DNA of 32,000 nt. Origin: an uncultured Candidatus Saccharibacteria bacterium (lineage in GTDB: Bacteria > Patescibacteriota > UBA1384 > XYA2-FULL-43-10 > 1-14-0-10-43-13). Each line of letters starts with the position of its first letter. Positions within the stretch are counted from its first letter, which is position 1. The stretch spans positions 330,001-362,000 of the forward strand of contig CAZIYE010000001.1 of NCBI GenBank assembly GCA_964543385.1, given 5' to 3'. The notes beneath the pieces were generated by a model. It searched no databases. It saw only the letters and a list, made by a program, of their open reading frames with translations, and was not told the origin of the DNA. Made by a program: the position numbers and the translations under genes. This document shows, one piece after another, positions 10,531-19,915 of the stretch.

Positions 10531-13134
10531 CTAATTATTATATAGGAAGTAAAGACTGATATTATCAATCATCTTAAGAGCAGGATCAAGCGTATTTTCC
10601 AATTTGCTACTCAAATAATATGATTTGCCATCCATACTCTTATAGCCATAAAACCATCCTTCTGCAGTTTTGGGATCTTTTGGTAAAGCCAAAATATAAT
10701 TTGGGATCAAAACACTCGAAACAGAGTTTGACTCAATGCCAAGATTTACAGGTGATTTCGATAAAGGATATTTGCCATATTTTGATTTATAAGATTCTAA
10801 AGCGTTCTTAATAGTTAAGAGATCATTTTTCCTCTGTTCATCATTTTTAGCAATTAGAGCATCGGCAGCAGCTTTCTCGGCAGCAGCTTTAGCTGCTTCT
10901 GACTCTGTCCCCTGACTGTTATTGACCTCACCATTCTCCTCAATAGTCTCCTCGTTGGAGCCAAAAGGAGCAGGGTCTGTAATAATTTCTAGAGAGTCTG
11001 GCTTTTCGAAATCCTCTATCTGTCCAAAACTGTCGAACTTCAAAGACAAATCCAATGATGTAATCGAACTAGAAGTGGCTGGAGTGATCTTCAATTCTAT
11101 TTTTCTAATAAGTTTGTCCTTTATGCCAATCCAGACATGTCCGGTAATCGACGAGATAGCCTCTGATGTAATTCCAATACCAGATAAAGCATCTCCAATT
11201 TCGATATCATCAATCTGGTAATCATAGCATCTGGTTTTGCCGATCTTTTCGTTACCTACCTTTTTTCCCCTTATTGATGACTGGCTCCAATCGCCAGCCC
11301 AGAACTCTTCAAAAATATTTTTTTCTTCAAGTCCTGATAAATTATATTCAAGCCATTTTCCATCTTCGGCACTATCGCTGAACTTAATTTTGTCACTTTT
11401 AACCCAAAGCTTACCTAGACTATTTTTCAATGAAATCTCTGAAATTCCAGCTTTGTCGACTAGCAATCTGATGTCGCTGCCATCATCACCCACAGCCCCT
11501 TCAACAGCCACGGATAATTCCTTGCTAGTAGTCTGTACACCTTCATAGGAACTATCAAGCTGCTGATCGCTATCGATACTACTGTTGTTACTATCATCTG
11601 CGGTGTCCGAGGTGAGAGAGCTATCTAATGTAGAGTTATCCTCACCAGCATTTCCTTCCAGATCGGTTGAAGTAGAATCAGTCTGCGTATCGGAAGTAAT
11701 TTGACTACTGTCAACCGTAGAATTCTCCTCAGTATCTGGGTCTACTACCACCCACTCTTCCTCCTCTACTGCAAATGTTGCTTTTTCTGGTTTAATATAA
11801 AAAGCCATTTTTGCATTATCAGCATAAGAAACCAAAGGAGTTGATACCGGCGACTGAATAGTTTTATCAATGTTGATCCTGATATCCCCAGTTACCTTGA
11901 AACCAGTCTTTTTTCCCATTACTGAAAGTGTCTGACCAAAGGCTTTCTCGGCATCCCTTGGTAAACCACCCCAGATTATTTCAATACCCAGGGGATTATA
12001 TATCTTTTCAAAACCGATAGATACAATCCCTCTCTCTGTAAGCAAGGTCAATAAAAAGAAAAGTGATAAAACCCCTCCACTAATTAATAGCGGTAATGGC
12101 ATACGCCTTTTCACAGGAGGCTGCCCTAGCATCTGTTCTGCAATATTATCATTTACACTCTGTGCGGGTACTGAATTTTGTACATTTGTCGTTTTATTTC
12201 CTTTATGACTGAACAAAGAAGCGAGTATATTCTTCTTCTCTGGCTTCGGCTGAACGGGATAAATTTGACCTACCGAAGAAGCTTCTGTTGGGCTACCAGC
12301 TACCTGCTGAGGTAATGCTGGTAAAGCTGGCGCAGATTGAGTTTGCATTTGTGAAGCCATAGTCTGTTGTGGCACAGCACTTATGCTTGCCATATTAGAA
12401 ACTACTGAATTGTTTTGCATCGGCGCTGATGGTGTTGGCGTAGCCGCTATTGCAGGCCTAGTAGAAGCAACACTAGCTGGTTGAATGTCCGTAGAAATTG
12501 CTTTTTGACTGGAAAAACTATTGTCAAAAATATCGATATCATCATCAGCAGCAGACGCTATAGTATTTGCGGAAACTGCAGGGGTTGCCATAGGAATAGG
12601 CGTTGGAACATTAGTTGAAGGAACAGATGATAATGGGGAAGTTGTAGCGACATTAGCCTTAGGATTTTGGGTCTGAGAAACATTTTCCGGCTGCCCAGTA
12701 GCCACAGTCTGGGACAGAGATTCAGATTTGATATTGTTTGATTCAGGAACGACTGCTGGCACATCTTCTGCAATATCCAGATCCATTGAACCATTTCTTA
12801 CGCCCTCATCATGATCAGTGGCGTCGATTGCATCTATAGCAAGGTCAGAATCATGAGTAATTAAATTATTATTGTCAACAATATTTAAAGCAGTTTGATT
12901 CTCAATGTTTTGGGGGACAACAAATTTAGGCTCTTCTTTGACTATTGGATTTTGAGTCATCGAGGAACCTGAAAAACCACCAATTTTCTGATCTTTTGGC
13001 GTTTCTTCCGGCAATTCCTCATCCCAGGGACTTAGAGATTTCTTTTTCTGCAATGTACTGTCCTGATTCCCTAAAGATGCCGTTGTCTGGTTTGATCCCA
13101 TCACAACGGGATTATTTGGCTGATCCGAAGCCAC
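10531..13134 (-). CDS. Large mosaic membrane protein: disordered N-terminus, one TM, extracytoplasmic domain, pilin-like C-terminal domain
   Basis: 867 aa. P/S/T/Q-rich ~330-aa N-terminus, TM PLPLLISGGVLSLFFLLTLL, beta-rich central region, A/E/K linker, then NDEQRKNDLLTIKNALESYKSKYGKYPLSKSPVNLG... Confidence 0.8.
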   Translation of the reverse strand: MASDQPNNPVVMGSNQTTASLGNQDSTLQKKKSLSPWDEELPEETPKDQKIGGFSGSSMTQNPIVKEEPKFVVPQNIENQTALNIVDNNNLITHDSDLAIDAIDATDHDEGVRNGSMDLDIAEDVPAVVPESNNIKSESLSQTVATGQPENVSQTQNPKANVATTSPLSSVPSTNVPTPIPMATPAVSANTIASAADDDIDIFDNSFSSQKAISTDIQPASVASTRPAIAATPTPSAPMQNNSVVSNMASISAVPQQTMASQMQTQSAPALPALPQQVAGSPTEASSVGQIYPVQPKPEKKNILASLFSHKGNKTTNVQNSVPAQSVNDNIAEQMLGQPPVKRRMPLPLLISGGVLSLFFLLTLLTERGIVSIGFEKIYNPLGIEIIWGGLPRDAEKAFGQTLSVMGKKTGFKVTGDIRINIDKTIQSPVSTPLVSYADNAKMAFYIKPEKATFAVEEEEWVVVDPDTEENSTVDSSQITSDTQTDSTSTDLEGNAGEDNSTLDSSLTSDTADDSNNSSIDSDQQLDSSYEGVQTTSKELSVAVEGAVGDDGSDIRLLVDKAGISEISLKNSLGKLWVKSDKIKFSDSAEDGKWLEYNLSGLEEKNIFEEFWAGDWSQSSIRGKKVGNEKIGKTRCYDYQIDDIEIGDALSGIGITSEAISSITGHVWIGIKDKLIRKIELKITPATSSSITSLDLSLKFDSFGQIEDFEKPDSLEIITDPAPFGSNEETIEENGEVNNSQGTESEAAKAAAEKAAADALIAKNDEQRKNDLLTIKNALESYKSKYGKYPLSKSPVNLGIESNSVSSVLIPNYILALPKDPKTAEGWFYGYKSMDGKSYYLSSKLENTLDPALKMIDNISLYFLYNN

Positions 13135-13188
13135 TGTCCCCTCCTATTTTTCTATATTATATAGAAATTATTTAGCTTTTTAAAGCTC

Positions 13189-14427
13189 CTATTTGCCGCT
13201 TTTTAAAAACTCTATCGCTCTATTTAGCTGATTATCATCATTTTTATCTTCGCTTGCTTTCAAATCAATATCTGGAGCAATACCTTCACCATTTATAGCA
13301 CGACCATTCGGTGTTAACCATTTTGCAACTGTAATTTTAACTGCCGAGCCGTCAGACAATTCGAGCAATTCCTGTACACTTCCCTTGCCAAAAGTCTTTT
13401 CGCCAATAACTTTAGCCACTTTTCGATCTTGAAGTGCTCCAGCAAATATTTCTGAGGCCGATGCTGACCCATTATTAACCAAGACCACTGTCTTAAAATT
13501 CTTAAGCCTGGACTTTCTTGTAACCTTATATTCCTTTTGCTGGCCGCTTCTGTCTTTTTCCGAAACAACTATTCCACCATCTAGAAAATAACTTGATAAG
13601 TTAACGGCCGATTCTAAATAGCCCCCAGGGTTATTTCTCAAATCGACAACTATACCCTCTGGTTTATCTTTAATCACTTCTGATATGTACTGTTCAAATA
13701 GGCTGTCTGTATCATCACCAAATTGGTTTATTTTGACGACAGAATACTTTCTACCATCAATGTTCTTGGTATCCCACTGAATACTTTTTACAACAATTTT
13801 GTCTCTCTCAACATCAAAAGTAAGCGGGTCATCTTTGCCCTGACGGAAGACTTTAATATTTACTTTTGTGCCTTTTTTACCACGGATTTTATTGATAATT
13901 TCATTGAAATTTATACCTTCGGTTTTAGTGCCGTCAACTTCTATTATTACGTCACCAGATTTCATCCCAGCCTTTTCAGCAGGAGAACCAGAGAGAGGTG
14001 CTACAACTGTCGGTAGATTATCCTTTGAAACCAATTCTACGCCAATACCATCAAACTCCCCCTGAATGTCTTCACGGAACCTTTTATTGTCTTCTGGGGA
14101 GAAGAAAACGGTATAAGGATCGTCAACAGACGATAGCATGCCGGCGATAGAGCCATAAATCATCTTCTTACTCTCAGGATCAGAGACAGATTTCTGTTTA
14201 AGTTTATTCCAGGCTTCCCAATAAAGAGAAAAATCAAGGTTATCGGGCTTTCCAACTTCAATATTTTTAACTTCTTTCGGACCAACTCCCAAGCCGACAG
14301 ATTTGCCTTTTTGGCCAAGTGAATATCCAAAAGAAAAGACAAAATAGAAAGCAACAAGCGCCAAGAAGAGAAAAATCAATCTCCCAGCAGGAGATTTCTT
14401 TGATTTATTGTGTGAATAAAAACTCAT
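13189..14427 (-). CDS. S41-family C-terminal processing peptidase with PDZ domain
   Basis: PDZ GIGVELVSKDNLPTVVAPLSGSPAEKAGMKSGDVIIEVDG; catalytic VVLVNNGSASASEIFAGALQDRKVAKVIGEKTFGKGSVQ. Confidence 0.96.
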   Translation of the reverse strand: MSFYSHNKSKKSPAGRLIFLFLALVAFYFVFSFGYSLGQKGKSVGLGVGPKEVKNIEVGKPDNLDFSLYWEAWNKLKQKSVSDPESKKMIYGSIAGMLSSVDDPYTVFFSPEDNKRFREDIQGEFDGIGVELVSKDNLPTVVAPLSGSPAEKAGMKSGDVIIEVDGTKTEGINFNEIINKIRGKKGTKVNIKVFRQGKDDPLTFDVERDKIVVKSIQWDTKNIDGRKYSVVKINQFGDDTDSLFEQYISEVIKDKPEGIVVDLRNNPGGYLESAVNLSSYFLDGGIVVSEKDRSGQQKEYKVTRKSRLKNFKTVVLVNNGSASASEIFAGALQDRKVAKVIGEKTFGKGSVQELLELSDGSAVKITVAKWLTPNGRAINGEGIAPDIDLKASEDKNDDNQLNRAIEFLKSGK

Positions 14428-14527
14428 AAGTTTATGTTAGCAGAAACACAATCAAACTTAAATGCATTTTTTACCGCATTATTAAGCATAGTCTGCTTAG
14501 AAAATATTAGATTGATATTTGCTATAT

Positions 14528-15760
14528 TTATGGTCTAACAGTTTTAATAGAGATTATATCACTAAAACGATAGCCCCTGCCCTGAGCTGGGTCATGCATG
14601 TAATACGTATTACCAGACCTACTTTTTATAACTATAAAATGGTCAGATCCGTCAACGTTTGGATGAACTTTAAAATTATCTAGTCGAACGCTGGCAATCA
14701 CCGGATAGCCATTGTCTAATTCACTGTTTAGAGTTCCCCTATCTACACGCTGCAAAGGACCAAGCTTTATTCCAAGTCCAGGGGAATTGAAACCCATTAG
14801 ATATCCACCGCTATTAAAAATACCAACTCTCGTAGCAATATCAGTATTAGTTGTACGATGATTATAATAACTCGCCATCATAGCCAGAGAGGTAATATAG
14901 CAACCATAATTATGAATGTTTACATTCGAATAAGGGCTGCCCCCAAGTCTGGTATAATTCCCAAGCTGAGTCTGATACCAACTAGAATCAATAGAGGGAA
15001 GGACATCACCACCCTGAAATCTTACTCCGCCGGTATAAGCTGCCGATAATTGGGCAGCCATCTCGTCGATTTTCCTTTTCAATTCAGTTTCTTGGGTCTT
15101 CAAAGTACCCAAAGTATTTGTGGTGTCAGTTAGAAGCCTATTTTTAAAGGACTTTTTATCCTCAAGCTCGTTTTGTTGATCCTGCTGATCCTGTCTTAAG
15201 CCATTTAATATTTGTAGTTGGGTAGATTGCTCATCTTTTTGCTTGGAAAGGTCGTCTCTGATCCCTTGAATTCTCTCTGTATTTATTTGAATCTGCTGTC
15301 TTAGAGACTCATAGTACTGTTGTTTATCCATAACCTCCGAAAGACTATCTGCTCCGACAATGGCCTCCAGTAGTCCGCTTTCACCCTCCATATACCAAGA
15401 AGCCAATATCTGGCTCATCTTTTCCTGTTCGTGATCAAGATTACTTTGCTCATCCATAATCTTTTTCTCTAAAGCAGAAATACTCTTGTTAGTATCCGAT
15501 ATTTGACTTTGTGTCTGTCCGATCGCGTTTTCTGTTTGATCGATTTGATTATCGACAATAGCAACTTGAGTCTTCAGTTCTTCTGCTTGTTTTTGCTTTG
15601 TTGTCGCCTGTTGTTTTGTGGCATCCAACTTATTCTTCAAAGCATTGAGTTCGGCAGTACTAGCGGCATAAGAAAATGTTACTGGCATGCCAATAGTAGA
15701 AAACAATAGTCCCAGAATAATTGCAAACTTTATTATTTTGTATTTAGAAATATCCATCAT
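14528..15760 (-). CDS. Secreted coiled-coil (PcsB/CwlO/EnvC-like) protein with C39-like cysteine peptidase-type C-terminal domain
   Basis: Signal peptide, long coiled coil, GGxRFQ linker, then NYGCYITSLAMMASYYNHR ... GSDHFIVIKSRSGNTYYMHDP (Cys/His/Asp layout of C39_2-like domains). Adjacent to ftsX and ftsE. Confidence 0.82.
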   Translation of the reverse strand: MMDISKYKIIKFAIILGLLFSTIGMPVTFSYAASTAELNALKNKLDATKQQATTKQKQAEELKTQVAIVDNQIDQTENAIGQTQSQISDTNKSISALEKKIMDEQSNLDHEQEKMSQILASWYMEGESGLLEAIVGADSLSEVMDKQQYYESLRQQIQINTERIQGIRDDLSKQKDEQSTQLQILNGLRQDQQDQQNELEDKKSFKNRLLTDTTNTLGTLKTQETELKRKIDEMAAQLSAAYTGGVRFQGGDVLPSIDSSWYQTQLGNYTRLGGSPYSNVNIHNYGCYITSLAMMASYYNHRTTNTDIATRVGIFNSGGYLMGFNSPGLGIKLGPLQRVDRGTLNSELDNGYPVIASVRLDNFKVHPNVDGSDHFIVIKSRSGNTYYMHDPAQGRGYRFSDIISIKTVRP

Positions 15761-15788
15761 AGTTTTATTATACCATGGCTATCAAGAG

Positions 15789-16697
15789 CTATTTCAAATG
15801 TCTTCTCACAGCGAATAAAGAACATCCTATACCTAGAATCAAACCGACAAAAAGCTGAACACCGATGATCATGCCGAAATTTAAACCGGCCGAAACAGAA
15901 TTCACGCCTCCGACCCCCAGATACTGTTCTGTCACAGGCAACAACAAACGAAAGGCCGTAAACATGATTAACGAAGAAATAATTGAAGCCAAAATTCCAT
16001 AACTTATGCCCTCAACTATAAATGGTCCTTGGACATGCCAATCAGAGGCACCAACAAGTTTCATTATCTCTATCTCGTCAGAACGAGCATAGATAGTCAG
16101 TCTTATTGTATTGTAAATAATCAATACAGCGATAAGAACAAAAATCGATGATAGTATCCACCCTGTATATTTAACAAACTGCGTAATTTTGACCAAACGA
16201 TCAACCAAATCTTTGTTTTTGCGATAACTAATATCCCTAATCAAAGGTTTATAATCTGCAGCGCTCAAAAATTGATTAACACTCTCAAGGTTCTCCGGAC
16301 TGTCGGTCTTTATTTCTAAGCTTCTCGGCAAAGGGTTAAATGTCTCAGAAATCGCGCCGCTAATCTTATCATCGCCACTACTCATCTTGCGCCATTTTTC
16401 AAGAGCCTTCTCCTTGGAAATATAATCGACTGTCTTTATATCAGACCTAGATAATAAGGTATTTTGGATAGAAAAAATCTGATCCTTGGAAGTTGTTTCG
16501 TTAAAATATACAGAAATATCAACCTTTTCCTTAAGCGATGTGCTTGTTCTATCTATGACTACCAACAGACTAACAAAAAAAGAAATAGTAAACAGGGTCA
16601 ATACCATGATTAAAGTAGCTGCCAGAGAGAGCCAGCGGTTTCGCCACAATGATATGACCGAAGTCTTTAAAATTCTGTGAATTGATGTCAAAAACAT
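15789..16697 (-). CDS. ftsX: Cell-division permease FtsX
   Basis: MFLTSIHRILKTSVISLWRNRWLSLAATLIMVLTLF, large extracytoplasmic loop, IYNTIRLTIYARSDEIEIMKLVGASDWHVQGPFIVEG. Confidence 0.96.
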   Translation of the reverse strand: MFLTSIHRILKTSVISLWRNRWLSLAATLIMVLTLFTISFFVSLLVVIDRTSTSLKEKVDISVYFNETTSKDQIFSIQNTLLSRSDIKTVDYISKEKALEKWRKMSSGDDKISGAISETFNPLPRSLEIKTDSPENLESVNQFLSAADYKPLIRDISYRKNKDLVDRLVKITQFVKYTGWILSSIFVLIAVLIIYNTIRLTIYARSDEIEIMKLVGASDWHVQGPFIVEGISYGILASIISSLIMFTAFRLLLPVTEQYLGVGGVNSVSAGLNFGMIIGVQLFVGLILGIGCSLFAVRRHLK

Positions 16698-16736
16698 AGT
16701 ATATTTTATAAGATTAAAAGATGTAAAATGAGCGAA

Positions 16737-17513
16737 CTAAAGTATATATTTCCCTTTTTCCTGATCCGAAACTATCTTGCCGTCCCTCAATGTCACTACC
16801 CTTCTTTGCAAAGTATCAACGACCTCTTTATCATGGGTCGCCAATAGAACTATCGTTCCCTGTTTATTAATTTTAAACAGTAATTCTATAATTTCCCAAG
16901 TAGATACTGGGTCGAGATTACCTGTTGGCTCATCAGCAATCAAAAGTTTAGGGTTATGAACCAAAGCTCTCGCGATAGAAACTCTCTGCTTTTCCCCGCC
17001 AGATAATTCCTCTGAGAAAGCAAATGCACGATTGGTTAAGCCGACTAAATCAATTATTTTTGGCACCTTGTCAGCAATTTCTTCATTTGTAGCATCAGAA
17101 ACTTCTAAGGCAAAAGCAATATTTTCATAAACAGTCTTTTTTGGCAGAATCTTGAAATCTTGAAAAATAACCCCGACTTTTCGTCTATAAAATGGCAATT
17201 CTTTTTTCTTCAACTTGGATATATCTCTGCTCGCTACAGCAATTTTGCCGCTTGTCGGCGATTCTTCGCAAGTCAAAAGTTTTATGAGAGTCGATTTTCC
17301 TGCTCCTGAAGGCCCTACCAATGATATGAATTCCCCCATTTTTATACTCAAAGAAATATTCAAAACAGCGCCAACATTTCCAGGATAAATTTTGGAAACA
17401 TCGCTAAACTCTATAATAACATCATCGCCCTTTGTGGAAGCACTCTGACTTTGAATCGAGTTTTTGATAGAGTCTTTGTTTTTTTCTTTTTGTTTTAAAT
17501 CTATATCGCTCAT
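16737..17513 (-). CDS. ftsE: Cell-division ATP-binding protein FtsE
   Basis: Walker A GPSGAGKSTLIKLL, signature LSGGEKQRVSIARAL, Walker B LLIADEPTGNLDP; directly upstream of ftsX. Confidence 0.96.
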   Translation of the reverse strand: MSDIDLKQKEKNKDSIKNSIQSQSASTKGDDVIIEFSDVSKIYPGNVGAVLNISLSIKMGEFISLVGPSGAGKSTLIKLLTCEESPTSGKIAVASRDISKLKKKELPFYRRKVGVIFQDFKILPKKTVYENIAFALEVSDATNEEIADKVPKIIDLVGLTNRAFAFSEELSGGEKQRVSIARALVHNPKLLIADEPTGNLDPVSTWEIIELLFKINKQGTIVLLATHDKEVVDTLQRRVVTLRDGKIVSDQEKGKYIL

Positions 17514-17540
17514 ATATTTTTATAACTTATTAGTTATATT

Positions 17541-19103
17541 CTATATCATAGCAACGCTTAAGTCCATTCCAGTCATTTCTTTCGGCTGCTTGAGATCCAA
17601 ATTTGCAATAATCGACGGAGCAATGTCAGCTAGTACACCTATAGGAGTACCAACCGCGTATTGGATATAGTCATCTGTCGAATAAGCAATGTCAACAGGA
17701 GTAAAAGGATTCTTCGTAAAATCAAGAAAGACAAAGGGAACTGGATTAGTAGTATGCTCTTTGTTCGGTTGTTTAGTCAGTTCGTCAACCATTACATCAC
17801 AATTGCCATGATCTGCAGTGATGAAAGCTTTATAACCTTTCTCAGAAGCGAGAGCCATAATCTCTCCAAGACAGCCATCGACGCTTTCGCAAGCTTTCAC
17901 AGCTGCATCCATTATTCCGGTATGACCCACCATGTCACCATTTGCATAGTTAACTATGATGAATTCATGGTCTTCACTTATAGCTTTTCTAACAGCTTCC
18001 GTAACTTCTGGTGCAGACATTGCTGGAATTTTATCATAAGAAACCTTTTTCGAAGGAACTACTTTGTCTGTCTCCTGTTTAAGCAACTCTTCATTACCAG
18101 CCTTGATAAAATAAGTCACATGAGCATATTTTTCTGTTTCTGCTGTATGAAATTGCCTTAATCCAGCATCAGCGACTATATCAGAAAGAGTATTCTTCAA
18201 ATCTACAGGCGGAAAAATAATACCAGCCTTCTGGCCCTTCTCATATTCAGTCATGGTTATTATTAATAAATTAGCAGGCAAGCCAACCGATTCTTTGCCA
18301 TAAAACATATCAAGCATCTGTCGTGCACGATCGCTACGATGATTAAAAAATATTACCGAATCACCTGATTGTATTGGAGCTCCCCCGTCAATTACCGATG
18401 GCTCAAAATTTTCATCACTTTTACCTTTTTTGTAATTATCGTCAATTGCCTCTTTGAAGCTACCGTACTGATCACCTGTACCACTTATAAATAAACCGAA
18501 GGCCTTCTTCTGACGATCCCAATTGTTATCACGATCCATGGCATAATAACGGCCGACCAAATCAACAATTCTTCCGCAATATTTATTTGTAGCTTCTTCC
18601 AGCTGAGAGAGAAATGTCATGGCCTCATTTGACCCAGTATCGCGACCATCTAAAATGGCATGAATAAACACCTTCGAGAGATCATTTTGCTTTGCGTATT
18701 CCAAAAGCGATATAAGATGGCGAATATGAGAATGAACTCCACCATCTGATACCAAACCAATTAGATGCAAAGCCTTATCTTCTTTTTTAGTTTTAGAAAC
18801 TATATCTTTTAAAATAGGGTTTTGGAAAAAATCACCATTTTCGATCGCCTGATCTATTCTAGGAAGATTTTCCCAAACCACCCTGCCCGAGCCGATATTA
18901 AGATGACCCACTTCTGAATTGCCTGGTTCGCCAGCATTCAACCCAACTTCCAATCCCGAAGCCATGAGAGAAGTTTTTGGATAAGAAGAATAGATATAAT
19001 CCATTATTGGTGTTTTCGCCGTCAATGGAGCATTACCATGCTCATTCGGTGATAATCCCCAGCCGTCAAGGATAGTTAAAATTACTTTATTGTTTGCCGA
19101 CAC
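17541..19103 (-). CDS. gpmI: 2,3-bisphosphoglycerate-independent phosphoglycerate mutase
   Basis: ILTILDGWGLSPNEHGNA, GNSEVGHLNIGSGRVV, HAILDGRDTGSNEA, NYANGDMVGHTG, ADHGNCD. Confidence 0.97.
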   Translation of the reverse strand: MSANNKVILTILDGWGLSPNEHGNAPLTAKTPIMDYIYSSYPKTSLMASGLEVGLNAGEPGNSEVGHLNIGSGRVVWENLPRIDQAIENGDFFQNPILKDIVSKTKKEDKALHLIGLVSDGGVHSHIRHLISLLEYAKQNDLSKVFIHAILDGRDTGSNEAMTFLSQLEEATNKYCGRIVDLVGRYYAMDRDNNWDRQKKAFGLFISGTGDQYGSFKEAIDDNYKKGKSDENFEPSVIDGGAPIQSGDSVIFFNHRSDRARQMLDMFYGKESVGLPANLLIITMTEYEKGQKAGIIFPPVDLKNTLSDIVADAGLRQFHTAETEKYAHVTYFIKAGNEELLKQETDKVVPSKKVSYDKIPAMSAPEVTEAVRKAISEDHEFIIVNYANGDMVGHTGIMDAAVKACESVDGCLGEIMALASEKGYKAFITADHGNCDVMVDELTKQPNKEHTTNPVPFVFLDFTKNPFTPVDIAYSTDDYIQYAVGTPIGVLADIAPSIIANLDLKQPKEMTGMDLSVAMI

Positions 19104-19170
19104 AAGAAACCTTTCGATTAATAATCGCTTTTTGTATTATACCATCAATGGGAACATTCGGACCAGAAGA

Positions 19171-19725
19171 CTACTCTTTCGCTGGTTTTTCTTTTCGAAC
19201 TGCTGAGAGTATAAAAAACATTCCTGCAACAATTAAAATTAGGGGCCACAAATTGAATGAGTAGTAATTTAATATGAGAAACAATATACCAACACCAGTT
19301 AAAATATTCGCCGGCATCAAAATTCCCCGATCTTTCTTATATCCCGCTAGATATTTGGCGTAAAAAGATAAGCCCACTATAAACGGATATATCGGCCAAA
19401 GTTTATCTGAGTCATCCCATCCAGAAAAAGCCTGAAAATAAAAAAAGGAAGAAAGAAGTACAAGAATAGTTCCAGGGATCATAATCCCGGAAGTTTTTTC
19501 TTTGTTTTGAGAAAAAATATAGTAAATTATAAATGATATTCCAGGAGCCAAGAGAAATGTCGGCCATAAATTTCCGAAATCAACACCTAAACGCGGCAGA
19601 AGAAATAATATTCCCAGAACTATCAAGATCACACCGGGGATAATACCCCCATATTCTTTTTTGGATGTATTGTTCTCCGATTTTTCTTCGGCTTCCTGTT
19701 CATTATTTTGCTTTTCTTTGATCAT
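19171..19725 (-). CDS. Small multi-TM membrane protein, DUF5668/LiaF-TM-like
   Basis: Repeated GGIIPGVILIVLGILFLLPRLGVDFGNLWP and LNYYSFNLWPLILIVAGMFFIL. SD AAAGGAG upstream of ATG. Confidence 0.65.
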   Translation of the reverse strand: MIKEKQNNEQEAEEKSENNTSKKEYGGIIPGVILIVLGILFLLPRLGVDFGNLWPTFLLAPGISFIIYYIFSQNKEKTSGIMIPGTILVLLSSFFYFQAFSGWDDSDKLWPIYPFIVGLSFYAKYLAGYKKDRGILMPANILTGVGILFLILNYYSFNLWPLILIVAGMFFILSAVRKEKPAKE

Positions 19726-19915
19726 TCTTCTCCTTTAAAATATTTTCGATGATACCTTTTGATCTAATAATTTCTTCATCTCTATTTGACAGCTCAAATA
19801 TTATTTTACCATTAAAATTTGGCAAAATCTCTGTGAAAATATTTTTGTAAAGTTTAAACCAAACTGGATAATATTTGCATACTCTAGAATTGTAGAACTT
19901 ATTTTCCTTTTTCCC
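19703..19915 (-). other. Unannotated protein-like open frame with no ATG start
   Basis: Manual translation gives GKKENKFYNSRVCKYYPVWFKLYKNIFTEILPNFNGKIIFELSNRDEEIIRSKGIIENILKEKNDQRKAK* in the +1 frame relative to the 3' end of the cofE-like gene. No ATG precedes it. Confidence 0.4.

Noticed and set aside
12558-12794. 78-aa minus ORF inside the 867-aa gene, and 12945-13175 on the plus strand
   Set aside because: Alternative frames of a low-complexity coding region with no independent support.
10531-13134. Possible tandem repeats in the P/S/T/Q-rich N-terminal part
   Set aside because: Low-complexity composition, but I saw no regular repeat unit at the DNA level.
17661-18161. 166-aa plus-strand ORF antisense to gpmI
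   Set aside because: Composition (Phe/His/Ser-rich) is typical of the antisense of a real gene, and GpmI motifs on the minus strand are unambiguous.
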